A stretch of 64,000 nt of DNA from Chloroflexota bacterium (lineage in GTDB: Bacteria; Chloroflexota; Dehalococcoidia; Lucifugimonadales; Lucifugimonadaceae). Within the stretch, counting starts at the first letter, position 1, and each line of letters begins with the position of its first letter. The translations under genes were made by a program, and so were the position numbers. The notes under the pieces are model-generated. The model made no database searches. It was not told where the DNA came from and saw only the letters and a program-made list of their open reading frames with translations. Of this stretch, positions 31,105-39,856 are shown one piece after another. The stretch spans positions 1 to 64,000 of the forward strand of contig PBHC01000016.1 of assembly GCA_002719295.1 (NCBI GenBank), read 5' to 3'.

Positions 31105-31735
31105 AGTTAAAATTAAATTCGGAAAATGCCTTGAACTTGTTTCAATGGATCCAAATTTTCATAATATAAGTGTAGGTTTATTTATAAAAAATGATATCTT
31201 AACTGTTTGGTCTTACAGTAAAAAAGAAGGAATTGAAAAAAGGCTAAACATTATAAGAGATAAAATGGTTGAATTTGGTGGGTTAAATAATTTAGAAGAA
31301 GACTATAAGATGTCAATTCCAAAAGGAGCTCTTATTGAAAGGCCACTGAAATTTTTGTTTAGTCAATGTGTGGAAATGTCTCCTGATAAAGAACCTGAAA
31401 AAGGCATAATTACAGCAAAAGATAATAAAACAAAATTGACTTTTTTAATCAAAGGATCTCAGGAATCAGACAAGTATCTCTATACTGTGACTTCTGAAGG
31501 AGATCATGAAAAACCAGGACTCAGAATTAGGGCAGTTGTTGGAGGTTTTATGAAATATGGTGAATGTATAAGAAATGATGTTGATTCATTTTACTTCCCT
31601 GATAAAAAAGATCATGAAGAATACGTTAGAGTTTTGCTTCCCTTCGCAAGAAATGTAAGCGCAGTTGAACAAATGTTAGAAGCATCTGATCAAGCTGGAC
31701 AAATGACAACACAAAGTTTAGGGTTTTCGCAATAA
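31091..31735 (+). CDS. Hypothetical protein in the corrinoid methyltransferase operon
   Basis: 214-aa ORF overlapping the upstream gene by 14 nt; no recognised motif. Confidence 0.8.
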   Translation: MKVSEVKIKFGKCLELVSMDPNFHNISVGLFIKNDILTVWSYSKKEGIEKRLNIIRDKMVEFGGLNNLEEDYKMSIPKGALIERPLKFLFSQCVEMSPDKEPEKGIITAKDNKTKLTFLIKGSQESDKYLYTVTSEGDHEKPGLRIRAVVGGFMKYGECIRNDVDSFYFPDKKDHEEYVRVLLPFARNVSAVEQMLEASDQAGQMTTQSLGFSQ

Positions 31736-31750
31736 TAGGGAGAAAATATT

Positions 31751-32779
31751 ATGAAACAAATGACAAAAAAGGAAAGAGTTCTAGCAGCTCTAAATAGATC
31801 AGAAGTAGATAGGCCTCCAGTAGCTAACCCTACATCTGTTGCTACTGTAGAAATGATGGATTTAGTTGATGCTCCTTTCCCTGATGCTTGTAGGTCGGCA
31901 GAATTAAACGCCAGACTTGCAGCTACAGAAATTACAGAATTTGATTTTGATGCTATCGCGCCATACTTTTCAATAATTCAAGAATCTAGTGCTATTGGAT
32001 GTGAAATGCAATGGGAGCAGAAAGATAATTGGCCTACTGTTAGAATGACTAATCCAATATGGAAAACATCAAGTGATATTAAAGTTCCATCAGATTTTTT
32101 AGATCATCCAGATGTTAAGGTGATACTAGATTCAATAAGAATTTTAAAAAAAGAATTTGGAAACGATGTTCCTATAATTGGAAAAACTATGGGACCTTGG
32201 ACTCTTGCGTATCATGTTTTTGGTGTTGAAACATTCCTTTTGGGATCAGTAGATAGTCCAGATGAAACTATAAAGTCTTTAGAAAAACTTCAAGAGTTTA
32301 CATATTTATTTGGAGAGGCACAAGTTGATGCAGGAGCAGATGTATTAACTATTCCAGATCATGCAACAGGAGATTTAGTTTCTGGTCAATATTATCAAAA
32401 ATTCCTTCAAGAAATTCATTCAGAAATGGCTCAAAAATTCACAGTCCCTTTAATCCTTCATATTTGTGGGAGAACAGTAGACAGAATGCCATATATTGCA
32501 GACACAGGTATGCATGCATTTCATTTTGATTCAAAAAATTCTCCTCAAGAAGCCATGGATGCTGTAGATAATAAAATTGCCTTAGTTGGAAATATTAATA
32601 ATCCAGAAACGCTATATTCTAAAGACGCTGATGATGTAAAAAAAGAGGTATTTGAATGCCTAAATGCTGGAGTTCAGCTAATAGCACCTGAATGTGCGAT
32701 CCCATTAAAAACTAAAGCTGAGAATTTGGTAGCAATAAACGAAGGTATTTCGGATTGGCTAGCAGAAACTAATTCATAG
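31751..32779 (+). CDS. MtaA/CmuA-family methylcobamide:thiol methyltransferase (URO-D fold)
   Basis: ERVLAAL....VDRPPV, VE.MD.V.A.FP.A, GP.TLA, AGADV....D, LHICG and APEC Zn ligands; GGGAG RBS. Confidence 0.88.
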   Translation: MKQMTKKERVLAALNRSEVDRPPVANPTSVATVEMMDLVDAPFPDACRSAELNARLAATEITEFDFDAIAPYFSIIQESSAIGCEMQWEQKDNWPTVRMTNPIWKTSSDIKVPSDFLDHPDVKVILDSIRILKKEFGNDVPIIGKTMGPWTLAYHVFGVETFLLGSVDSPDETIKSLEKLQEFTYLFGEAQVDAGADVLTIPDHATGDLVSGQYYQKFLQEIHSEMAQKFTVPLILHICGRTVDRMPYIADTGMHAFHFDSKNSPQEAMDAVDNKIALVGNINNPETLYSKDADDVKKEVFECLNAGVQLIAPECAIPLKTKAENLVAINEGISDWLAETNS

Positions 32780-32832
32780 ATTTGATAAAATAAAAATATA
32801 CTTTACATATTCGAAAAATAATAGGAAAATTT

Positions 32833-33576
32833 ATGTTTGATCATGAAGGACTTTCAAAAGAATTTGAGTGGGTAACCAAAGAAAGTGAAAAAAACCATAT
32901 AGGTGGAGCTATTTCTAAAACTTCGCTTGAAATGCAAGAAATTTCTTATGCTCTTATTACTGGAGATAATAACTTAGTAGATGAACTTACAAAAAAAGCA
33001 CTAGATAATGGATCTACTGCAAATGAAATACTTGATGATGGATTATTAAATGGAATGGCAATTGTAGGGGTTAAATTTAGAGACAATGTAATTTTTGTAC
33101 CAGAAGTTCTAATATCAGCCAGAGCTATGAAAGCTGGAATGGCACACATTGAGCCAATATTATCTGAATCAGGAATTGAACCTCAAGGTATTGTATTAAT
33201 GGGTACAGTCAAAGGAGATTTACATGATATCGGAAAGAATCTGTGCATAATGATGCTACGAGGCGCAGGATTTACTGTTCATGATTTGGGTGTTGATACC
33301 TCTCCTGAAGATTTTGTTGATGGCTTTGAAGAACATGAACCCCAAGTAATAGGAATGTCTGCTCTTTTAACCACAACCATGCCTAATATGGGAAGAACTA
33401 TACAGTATTTTGAAGATATTGGTTTGAGAGAAGACGTTAGAATGATGGTAGGCGGAGCCCCTGTCACTCAAGAATTTGCAGATGAAATGGGAGCAGACGG
33501 ATATGGAGAGAGTGCTGTTGACGCTGTAGATAAAGCAAAGGAGCTTGTTGAGCTTCTAAAAGATCTAAAGAGCTAA
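32833..33576 (+). CDS. Stand-alone corrinoid (cobalamin-binding) protein, MttC/MtbC-like
   Basis: Cap domain GM..VG..F....FVPEVL..ARAM, GTVKGDLHDIGKN (DxHxxG), SALLTTTM, VGGAP. Confidence 0.95.
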   Translation: MFDHEGLSKEFEWVTKESEKNHIGGAISKTSLEMQEISYALITGDNNLVDELTKKALDNGSTANEILDDGLLNGMAIVGVKFRDNVIFVPEVLISARAMKAGMAHIEPILSESGIEPQGIVLMGTVKGDLHDIGKNLCIMMLRGAGFTVHDLGVDTSPEDFVDGFEEHEPQVIGMSALLTTTMPNMGRTIQYFEDIGLREDVRMMVGGAPVTQEFADEMGADGYGESAVDAVDKAKELVELLKDLKS

Positions 33577-33583
33577 ATTAAAA

Positions 33584-33862
33584 ATGACTTATAAAAAGTC
33601 TAATTCAAATAATAAAAAAAGATTACAGAAGAGTTTAGATAACCTATATAATATTTTTCAAGATATATCTTCTCATGCTGATGAAATCAGTAAAACTAGA
33701 TGTCCTTACAAAAATGCTAAAAATTTATGTACGGCAAATTTTTCTTGCAGGAATCAGCATTTTACTGAAAAAAATATAGAACTCCCCTATTGTGTTGGTT
33801 CTCATAAATTAGATTATAGATTTGCATGGGAAGTAGATAAACCTATTAAAAAAAATGACTAG
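33584..33862 (+). CDS. Small four-cysteine hypothetical protein
   Basis: RCPYKNAKNLCTANFSCRNQ...YC; overlaps the RACE start by 8 nt. Confidence 0.75.
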   Translation: MTYKKSNSNNKKRLQKSLDNLYNIFQDISSHADEISKTRCPYKNAKNLCTANFSCRNQHFTEKNIELPYCVGSHKLDYRFAWEVDKPIKKND

Positions 33863-35486
33863 CAATAAATTTATTAATGACAAAGAATCTATAGAATTAA
33901 CAAAAAATAAATCTCTGTTCGAGTATGCAGATAAAGTTAAAATGAGAATTCCAACATCTTGTGGCCGGGTTGGTGATTGCCATGAGTGTATAGTTGAGGT
34001 GTCTGAAGGATATGAATTATTATCAAAACCAACAGATCATGAATTTTTTTTAAAGGAACCATTTAGATTAGCATGTCAAGCTATCACTACTTCAACAGAA
34101 ACTAATTTAATCTTTAGTCCTAGAAAAAGAGATCGAAAAATTTTGACAAATTTTTCTAATGAATCTTCATACGAAGTAGATCATAACTATAGTTATCAAG
34201 ATAATGCATTAATTTATAAGTCTGACAAAGATGAAAAAGTTTTATCGAAATCTAAAAATTTCTATGGATTAGCTATTGATGTTGGAACTACCACGGTAGC
34301 AATTAATTTAGTTGATATTAATAATGGAAAAGTCATTATTACTTCCTCTTTTGAAAACCCTCAGATATTTGGAGGCTCAGATGTAATGAATAGAATCTCT
34401 TATGATTCAAGTAATTATAAAGGAGAGTTGTCAAAAGCTATCATATCTTCAGTAAATTTTGAAATAGGAGAGTTTGTTAAAAAGTTGAAAATCAGAAGAA
34501 ATGAAATTGTTGAAGTTACTATTGTTGGAAACTCAACAATGAGAGATTTGTTTTTTAGTTTAGATGTAGAACCAATTGGAGTTAAACCTTATAAATCAAT
34601 AATTGAAACTAATTATTTAGATTCTAAAATACCAACTACTGAATTATTTACTACTGCAAAGGATTTAAACTTAAGAATTAATTCACAAGCTATGATTTAT
34701 AGCCCTCCTCTTATTGCTTCCCACATTGGATCTGATGTTTCTGCAGGTTTGATAGCTACTGATTTTTTTCTAAATAATAAGATGAAAATGTTAATAGATA
34801 TTGGAACAAATACAGAAGTTGTTTTAGGAACTCCAGATAGAATGCTTGCTGCTTCATGTCCAGCTGGCCCCGCATTTGAGGGAGGGGAAATAACATATGG
34901 AATGCCAGGTTATGATGGAGCAATAGAGAAGGTAAATTTTGAAAAAAATAATTTTATATACCAAACTATAGGTAATTCAAAACCATTGGGTCTTTGTGGT
35001 TCTGGATTAATCGATTTTCTTTCAGTGCTAGTAGATAATAATATTATGAATCCGCTAGGTAAATTTGAACTTGAAAAAGAGTCTGTTTTTATTGATGATA
35101 ATGAATCTATAAATTTATCTAGAAGAGATGTATCTAGCCTAGCTCAAGCAAAAGCAGCCAATGTCTGTGGACAAGCTTTAGTTATAAAGGATTTTGGAAC
35201 TAATATAGATGCTATTGATAACATTTATCTTGCTGGAGGTTTTGCAAATTATATAGATATTGAAAATGCAAGAAATATAGGGTTTATACTTGATTTCCCT
35301 TTAGAAAAAATAAAAAAAATAGGAAATACTGCTTTAGAAGGAGCTACAAAGTTATTATTATCAAATAAACTTAGGAAAAATCTTGTTGAATATGTGAAAA
35401 AAATAGATCACTTAGAACTTGAAACAAAAGCAGAGTTTTTTGATTATTTTGTTGAAGGTTGTCAATTTAAGAAAATTTCAATATAG
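33855..35486 (+). CDS. ATP-dependent reductive activator of corrinoid enzymes (RACE/RACo-like; 2Fe-2S plus ASKHA domains)
   Basis: SCGRVGDCHEC...RLACQ ferredoxin motif; DVGTTT, NPQ..G.DVM.RI, DIGTN.E, AGPAFEG, GLCGSG, LAGGF, GN.AL.GA. Confidence 0.92.
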   Translation: MTSNKFINDKESIELTKNKSLFEYADKVKMRIPTSCGRVGDCHECIVEVSEGYELLSKPTDHEFFLKEPFRLACQAITTSTETNLIFSPRKRDRKILTNFSNESSYEVDHNYSYQDNALIYKSDKDEKVLSKSKNFYGLAIDVGTTTVAINLVDINNGKVIITSSFENPQIFGGSDVMNRISYDSSNYKGELSKAIISSVNFEIGEFVKKLKIRRNEIVEVTIVGNSTMRDLFFSLDVEPIGVKPYKSIIETNYLDSKIPTTELFTTAKDLNLRINSQAMIYSPPLIASHIGSDVSAGLIATDFFLNNKMKMLIDIGTNTEVVLGTPDRMLAASCPAGPAFEGGEITYGMPGYDGAIEKVNFEKNNFIYQTIGNSKPLGLCGSGLIDFLSVLVDNNIMNPLGKFELEKESVFIDDNESINLSRRDVSSLAQAKAANVCGQALVIKDFGTNIDAIDNIYLAGGFANYIDIENARNIGFILDFPLEKIKKIGNTALEGATKLLLSNKLRKNLVEYVKKIDHLELETKAEFFDYFVEGCQFKKISI

Positions 35487-35494
35487 AGGGGAAT

Positions 35495-36484
35495 ATGAAA
35501 TATAAAGCAGTAATTACAGATTATGTGTGGCCTAATCTTGATATCGAAACAAAAATTCTTAATGATAATAATATAGAGGTTGTTGATTGTAAAAATAAAA
35601 ACGATCAAGAACTCATGAATGAATTGAAAGATGCTGATGCTATTCTTTTTTGCTTTAGAGAAGTACCTGCGGAATTTCTTGAAGTATCTACAAAATGTAA
35701 GGTTGCATCAAGATATGGAATTGGTGTAGATAATATAGATATAAAAAAATGTACAGAATTAGGCATTGTTGTAACGAATATTCCTGATTATTGTTTAGAA
35801 GAAGTATCAGATCATGCAATAGCTATGATCCTTAGTTTAAATAGAAGAATAAATGATCATTCAAATATGGTAAAAAAAGGTGGATGGAATGATCTAAATT
35901 TAAACATACCTGTTCAAAGACTTAGTGAATCAACTTTAGGGATTGTTGGGTTTGGAAGAATAGGCAGAACTATTGCTTCAAGGGTATCTGCTTTAGGTAT
36001 AAAGTCTGTGGCATTCGATCCTTTATTACAACCAGGAAAAATAATTGATAACGTAGAAATCGTATCTTTTGAAAATTTATTGAAAGATTCTGATTTTATT
36101 ACAGTTCATGTCCCGTTGAATGAAAAAACACATCATCTTTTCTCTGAAAATGAATTTAATCAAATGAAAAATAACGCAATTCTAGTTAACTGTGCAAGAG
36201 GAGGATTGATTGATGAAAATGCAGCCTCAAAAGCACTTTCAAAAGGTCAAATAGGAGGAGTTGGATTAGATGTTATTGAAGATACTTCTAATTCTCCTTC
36301 AAGCCCTCTATTTAATAATGAAAATGTGATAATTACTCCACATACAGCTTTTTTCTCTAAAGCCTCAGGTGAAGAACTCCAAAAAAGGACAGCAGAAGAA
36401 ATTGTTAGAGTTATAAATAATGACAAACCTGAAAATTTTATTAACCCTGAAGTTTTAGGAAACACTAGGTCTAATATAAGTTAA
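35495..36484 (+). CDS. D-2-hydroxyacid dehydrogenase (CtBP-like subfamily)
   Basis: RYGIGVDNID, N.PDYC.EEVSDHA, GFGRIG, NCARG, TPH.AF.S. Confidence 0.9.
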   Translation: MKYKAVITDYVWPNLDIETKILNDNNIEVVDCKNKNDQELMNELKDADAILFCFREVPAEFLEVSTKCKVASRYGIGVDNIDIKKCTELGIVVTNIPDYCLEEVSDHAIAMILSLNRRINDHSNMVKKGGWNDLNLNIPVQRLSESTLGIVGFGRIGRTIASRVSALGIKSVAFDPLLQPGKIIDNVEIVSFENLLKDSDFITVHVPLNEKTHHLFSENEFNQMKNNAILVNCARGGLIDENAASKALSKGQIGGVGLDVIEDTSNSPSSPLFNNENVIITPHTAFFSKASGEELQKRTAEEIVRVINNDKPENFINPEVLGNTRSNIS

Positions 36485-37641
36485 TTTTCTAGAGTCATTT
36501 GCCCTTGGTTATCCTCAGATTTTTTGTTTAAAATTTGTTCGTCTATTACTTCTTCAATTATTGATACATCAAGAGCTTTATCAGGGTTTTTATCAAGTTG
36601 TGTTTCAAGATCCTTAACTGTACTAAATTTTTTATCTAATGCTTTTCTTCTTCTTCCTTCCAAATATTCAAAATGAGTCGTTGCTGTTTTTAATGCTCTG
36701 CTAACAACTGACTGTTCTTCAACATAATTATCCCATTCTTTTTTTAGTTCATCTAAAATAGTCATGATTTGATTTTGGTTTTCTCCTATAGTTACAACTT
36801 TCATAAATTCTTTTATAACTCCCACAACTAAGAGTAAATTTCCAGGAGAAGTTATAGTAACTTTTTTACTCTGTGCATATTGAATTAGATCCATTCTTTT
36901 CTCGTATATAAATGAGAGAATATGATCACTAGGAACAAAAACAATTACGTTATCAAGAGTATTTTCTTTTGTATTAATATACTTATTTCCAACTTCATCA
37001 ATTATTCTTTTTAGAGAATCAAAAAATTTTTTCTCCCTATTCTGTATATCAACTATTTCATTATCTTCATCCATAAGAGGTTGGAAATATTCCCATACAA
37101 ACTTTGAATCCATATGTATTACTTTGCCATCAGGTAGATTTATTGTGAAATCAGGTCTGGTACCATTTTCTAGTACTTGTTGGGTTTCATACTGGACACC
37201 CTTAATAAATCCTGCGCTTCTAAAAATATCTTCAGCCATAAGTTCTCCAAGTTGTCCTCTGGTTTGACTTCCAGATAGGACATTTGTAAGTTTGCTAAAT
37301 TCATCTTTAGCTATATTTATCGCTTCTTCTGTACTTTTATTTTGTTTTCTTAATAGATCATTTGTAGTAACAAGCTTAACTGTTTCCTGCATAGTTTTAT
37401 CGTATTGTCTTGTCATCAAATCTTTTACTGTTTGTAAATCTTTATTAAACTTTTCATCTTTTTCAGAAAGCAATTCTTTTACCTTACTTTGAACTCCCTC
37501 TTTTGTTTCATCTGCAAATTCTTTAAATTTTAACCCTGAAAAATATTTTGAAAATCTAATAAAGAATAGTATTGAGATTCCTGCTAGTGAAAAAATTAGG
37601 ATTATTAACAAAAAAATTATAGTTAAATTGAATGCATTCAT
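36481..37641 (-). CDS. rmuC: DNA recombination protein RmuC family
   Basis: N-terminal TM and coiled coil, RG..GE, RPD....LP......DSK, F.PS, SP..L. Confidence 0.85.
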   Translation of the reverse strand: MNAFNLTIIFLLIILIFSLAGISILFFIRFSKYFSGLKFKEFADETKEGVQSKVKELLSEKDEKFNKDLQTVKDLMTRQYDKTMQETVKLVTTNDLLRKQNKSTEEAINIAKDEFSKLTNVLSGSQTRGQLGELMAEDIFRSAGFIKGVQYETQQVLENGTRPDFTINLPDGKVIHMDSKFVWEYFQPLMDEDNEIVDIQNREKKFFDSLKRIIDEVGNKYINTKENTLDNVIVFVPSDHILSFIYEKRMDLIQYAQSKKVTITSPGNLLLVVGVIKEFMKVVTIGENQNQIMTILDELKKEWDNYVEEQSVVSRALKTATTHFEYLEGRRRKALDKKFSTVKDLETQLDKNPDKALDVSIIEEVIDEQILNKKSEDNQGQMTLEN

Positions 37642-37756
37642 AAAGTTATTCTAAATCATCGTATAAGATAATTTTAGAGTTTTTATATAAAATAAGTCAA
37701 ATTACATTTTTGCTTGTTATAACGATTAAGTGGAATATATAAGTTAGAATATAACT

Positions 37757-38911
37757 ATGCTAGAAAAAACTCCTGATTATAGAGAATATTTTAATATTGA
37801 CGATAATATTTCTTACTTAAATAGTGCTTATATGGGTTTATTGCCTAAAAGTTCCGTTCAAAAAGGTAATTATGGTTTTGAATTAAAATCTAAATCATGG
37901 GAAATACAATGGAATGATTTTTACGACAAACCTGAAAATACGAGAAAATTATTTTCTAAATTAATTAATGCAGATAATGATTCAGTCTTTTTCGTTCCTT
38001 CTGCAAGTTATGGTTTTTCAGTATTTGCTAATAACTTTAAATTAGACCATCGTAAAACAATCTTGCTTCTGGAGGAAGAATTCCCTTCAAATGTATGGAT
38101 ATGGAAAGAGCTCGCAAAAAATCAAAATGGTAATGTAAAGTTTGTTCGAAGACCTGATGATGATGATTGGACATCTGCTATCTTGAATGACTTAAATGCT
38201 GATACTGCTTTAGTATCTGTTCCAAATTGTCACTGGACGGATGGAGGATTAATTAATTTAGAAATACTTTCTAAAGAATTAAGAGAAAAAAATATTTCAC
38301 TAGCAATTGATGGAACTCAATCAGTTGGGGTAATGCCTATAGATTTACAGAAAATTAAACCTGATTTTATGGTTGTATCTGGATATAAGTGGTGTTTAGG
38401 TCCTTATAGTTTGGGCTTAGCTTACATAGATAGTAAATACCATTCAGGAGAACCTATTGAATATAATTGGTTATCAAAATTACCAATGCCTGCAGATAGC
38501 AAGTTTCCTGACATGACTGCTTATGATGAATTTGAGTTTGAAAATGCTAGAAAATTTGATTTTGGACAGAGAGGTAATTTTCATTTAATTCCAGCTTTAG
38601 AATCATCATTGCAATTGATAACAAATATAGGACCTGAAAATATCTATAAATATGTTGATAACCTAAATGAGGAAATCATAAAATCTACTTCAGAAATGGG
38701 ATTTTCTAATATTGTTAGAAATCTTAGAGCGAGGCACTATCTTGGGTTAAGATTTGAAAATGAAATCCCAAATAATTTTGTTGAAAATTTAGCTAAAGAA
38801 AATGTATTCATAAGTGCTAGGGGGAAAAAAGCAATTAGAGTTACACCACATATATGGAATAATCTAAATGATATAGATAAATTTTTAAATGCCTTGAAGA
38901 GAGTTTTATAA
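37757..38911 (+). CDS. Class V PLP-dependent enzyme (aminotransferase / C-S lyase-like)
   Basis: YLNSA, EFPSN, DGTQS.G, SGYKW (PLP Lys), IRV.PH.N. Confidence 0.88.
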   Translation: MLEKTPDYREYFNIDDNISYLNSAYMGLLPKSSVQKGNYGFELKSKSWEIQWNDFYDKPENTRKLFSKLINADNDSVFFVPSASYGFSVFANNFKLDHRKTILLLEEEFPSNVWIWKELAKNQNGNVKFVRRPDDDDWTSAILNDLNADTALVSVPNCHWTDGGLINLEILSKELREKNISLAIDGTQSVGVMPIDLQKIKPDFMVVSGYKWCLGPYSLGLAYIDSKYHSGEPIEYNWLSKLPMPADSKFPDMTAYDEFEFENARKFDFGQRGNFHLIPALESSLQLITNIGPENIYKYVDNLNEEIIKSTSEMGFSNIVRNLRARHYLGLRFENEIPNNFVENLAKENVFISARGKKAIRVTPHIWNNLNDIDKFLNALKRVL

Positions 38912-38912
38912 C

Positions 38913-39842
38913 ATGACAATTATTATTACAGAAGATCAAGTAAAAGAAATATTAAGTGTAGACACTACGGTAGATTTATTAGAAGAAGCTATGAAGTCTA
39001 TTTCTTCAGGAAAAGGCTTCAATAGCCCTCGTAAAAGGCTTCCTACTAGTTATAACGGAGGAAACTTACATTTTATGGCAGCATCATGGCCAGAAAAAGG
39101 AATAGCTGGGCATAAGAGCTATGTTGTGACAAAAGGGAAAGCATCTTTTGTAGTAATTCTTTACTCTACTGAAGGAGAAGGAATGTTAGCAGTTATTGAA
39201 GGTAATTTATTAGGACAAATAAGAACAGGTGCTGCATCAGGTCTTGCTTCAAAATATTTAGCCAATCCTAATTCTAAAAAATTAGCCGTTATTGGATCAG
39301 GTTTTCAAGCCGAAACTCAACTTGAAGCAATAAATTCACAATTCAATTTAGAGAAAGTAAAAGTTTATTCAAGAACAAAAGAAAAACGAAATTCATTCGC
39401 AGAAAAAATGAGTAATAAATTAAGTCTGAATATTCAAGCCTTTGAATCTTCTGAAGAAGCAACTGATAATTGTGATATTGTTTCGCTAATTACTAATTCA
39501 AGCACTCCTGTTATCTCAGAAGATCAAATCACTAAAGGAGTTCACATTAATGCTGCTGGTGGTAATAGTTGGTTGAGATCAGAATTACCTTCTAGCTCAA
39601 TTGAAAAATTTGATTTTATTTCATGTGATGATTTAAATCAGGCTAAAACTGAATGTAAAGAGCTAATGGAAGCGACAGAAAAAGGTATTACTTCATGGAA
39701 TAATATCCATGAATTATCTGATGTAATAGATAATAAAATTATTGGGCGAAAAAATCATCAAGACATAACTTTGTATGAATCTTTAGGTATAGCTATTCAG
39801 GACATTGCAGCTGCTAAATATGTATATGACCAACTTATATAA
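38913..39842 (+). CDS. Ornithine cyclodeaminase / mu-crystallin family protein
   Basis: RTGAASG.A, IGSG.QA.TQ, HINA.G, SLG.AIQD.AAA. Confidence 0.9.
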   Translation: MTIIITEDQVKEILSVDTTVDLLEEAMKSISSGKGFNSPRKRLPTSYNGGNLHFMAASWPEKGIAGHKSYVVTKGKASFVVILYSTEGEGMLAVIEGNLLGQIRTGAASGLASKYLANPNSKKLAVIGSGFQAETQLEAINSQFNLEKVKVYSRTKEKRNSFAEKMSNKLSLNIQAFESSEEATDNCDIVSLITNSSTPVISEDQITKGVHINAAGGNSWLRSELPSSSIEKFDFISCDDLNQAKTECKELMEATEKGITSWNNIHELSDVIDNKIIGRKNHQDITLYESLGIAIQDIAAAKYVYDQLI

Positions 39843-39856
39843 TCCTACTAAATCAA

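Noticed and set aside
29864..36484. Pyrrolysine-dependent methylamine methyltransferase system
   Set aside because: No MttB/MtbB/MtmB homolog, no in-frame TAG-interrupted gene and no pyl genes.
36481..37641. RmuC as a mobile-element or restriction gene
   Set aside because: RmuC is a common chromosomal gene; there are no flanking repeats, methylase or transposase.
37757..38911. Cysteine desulfurase / selenocysteine lyase call
   Set aside because: The catalytic cysteine loop is missing.
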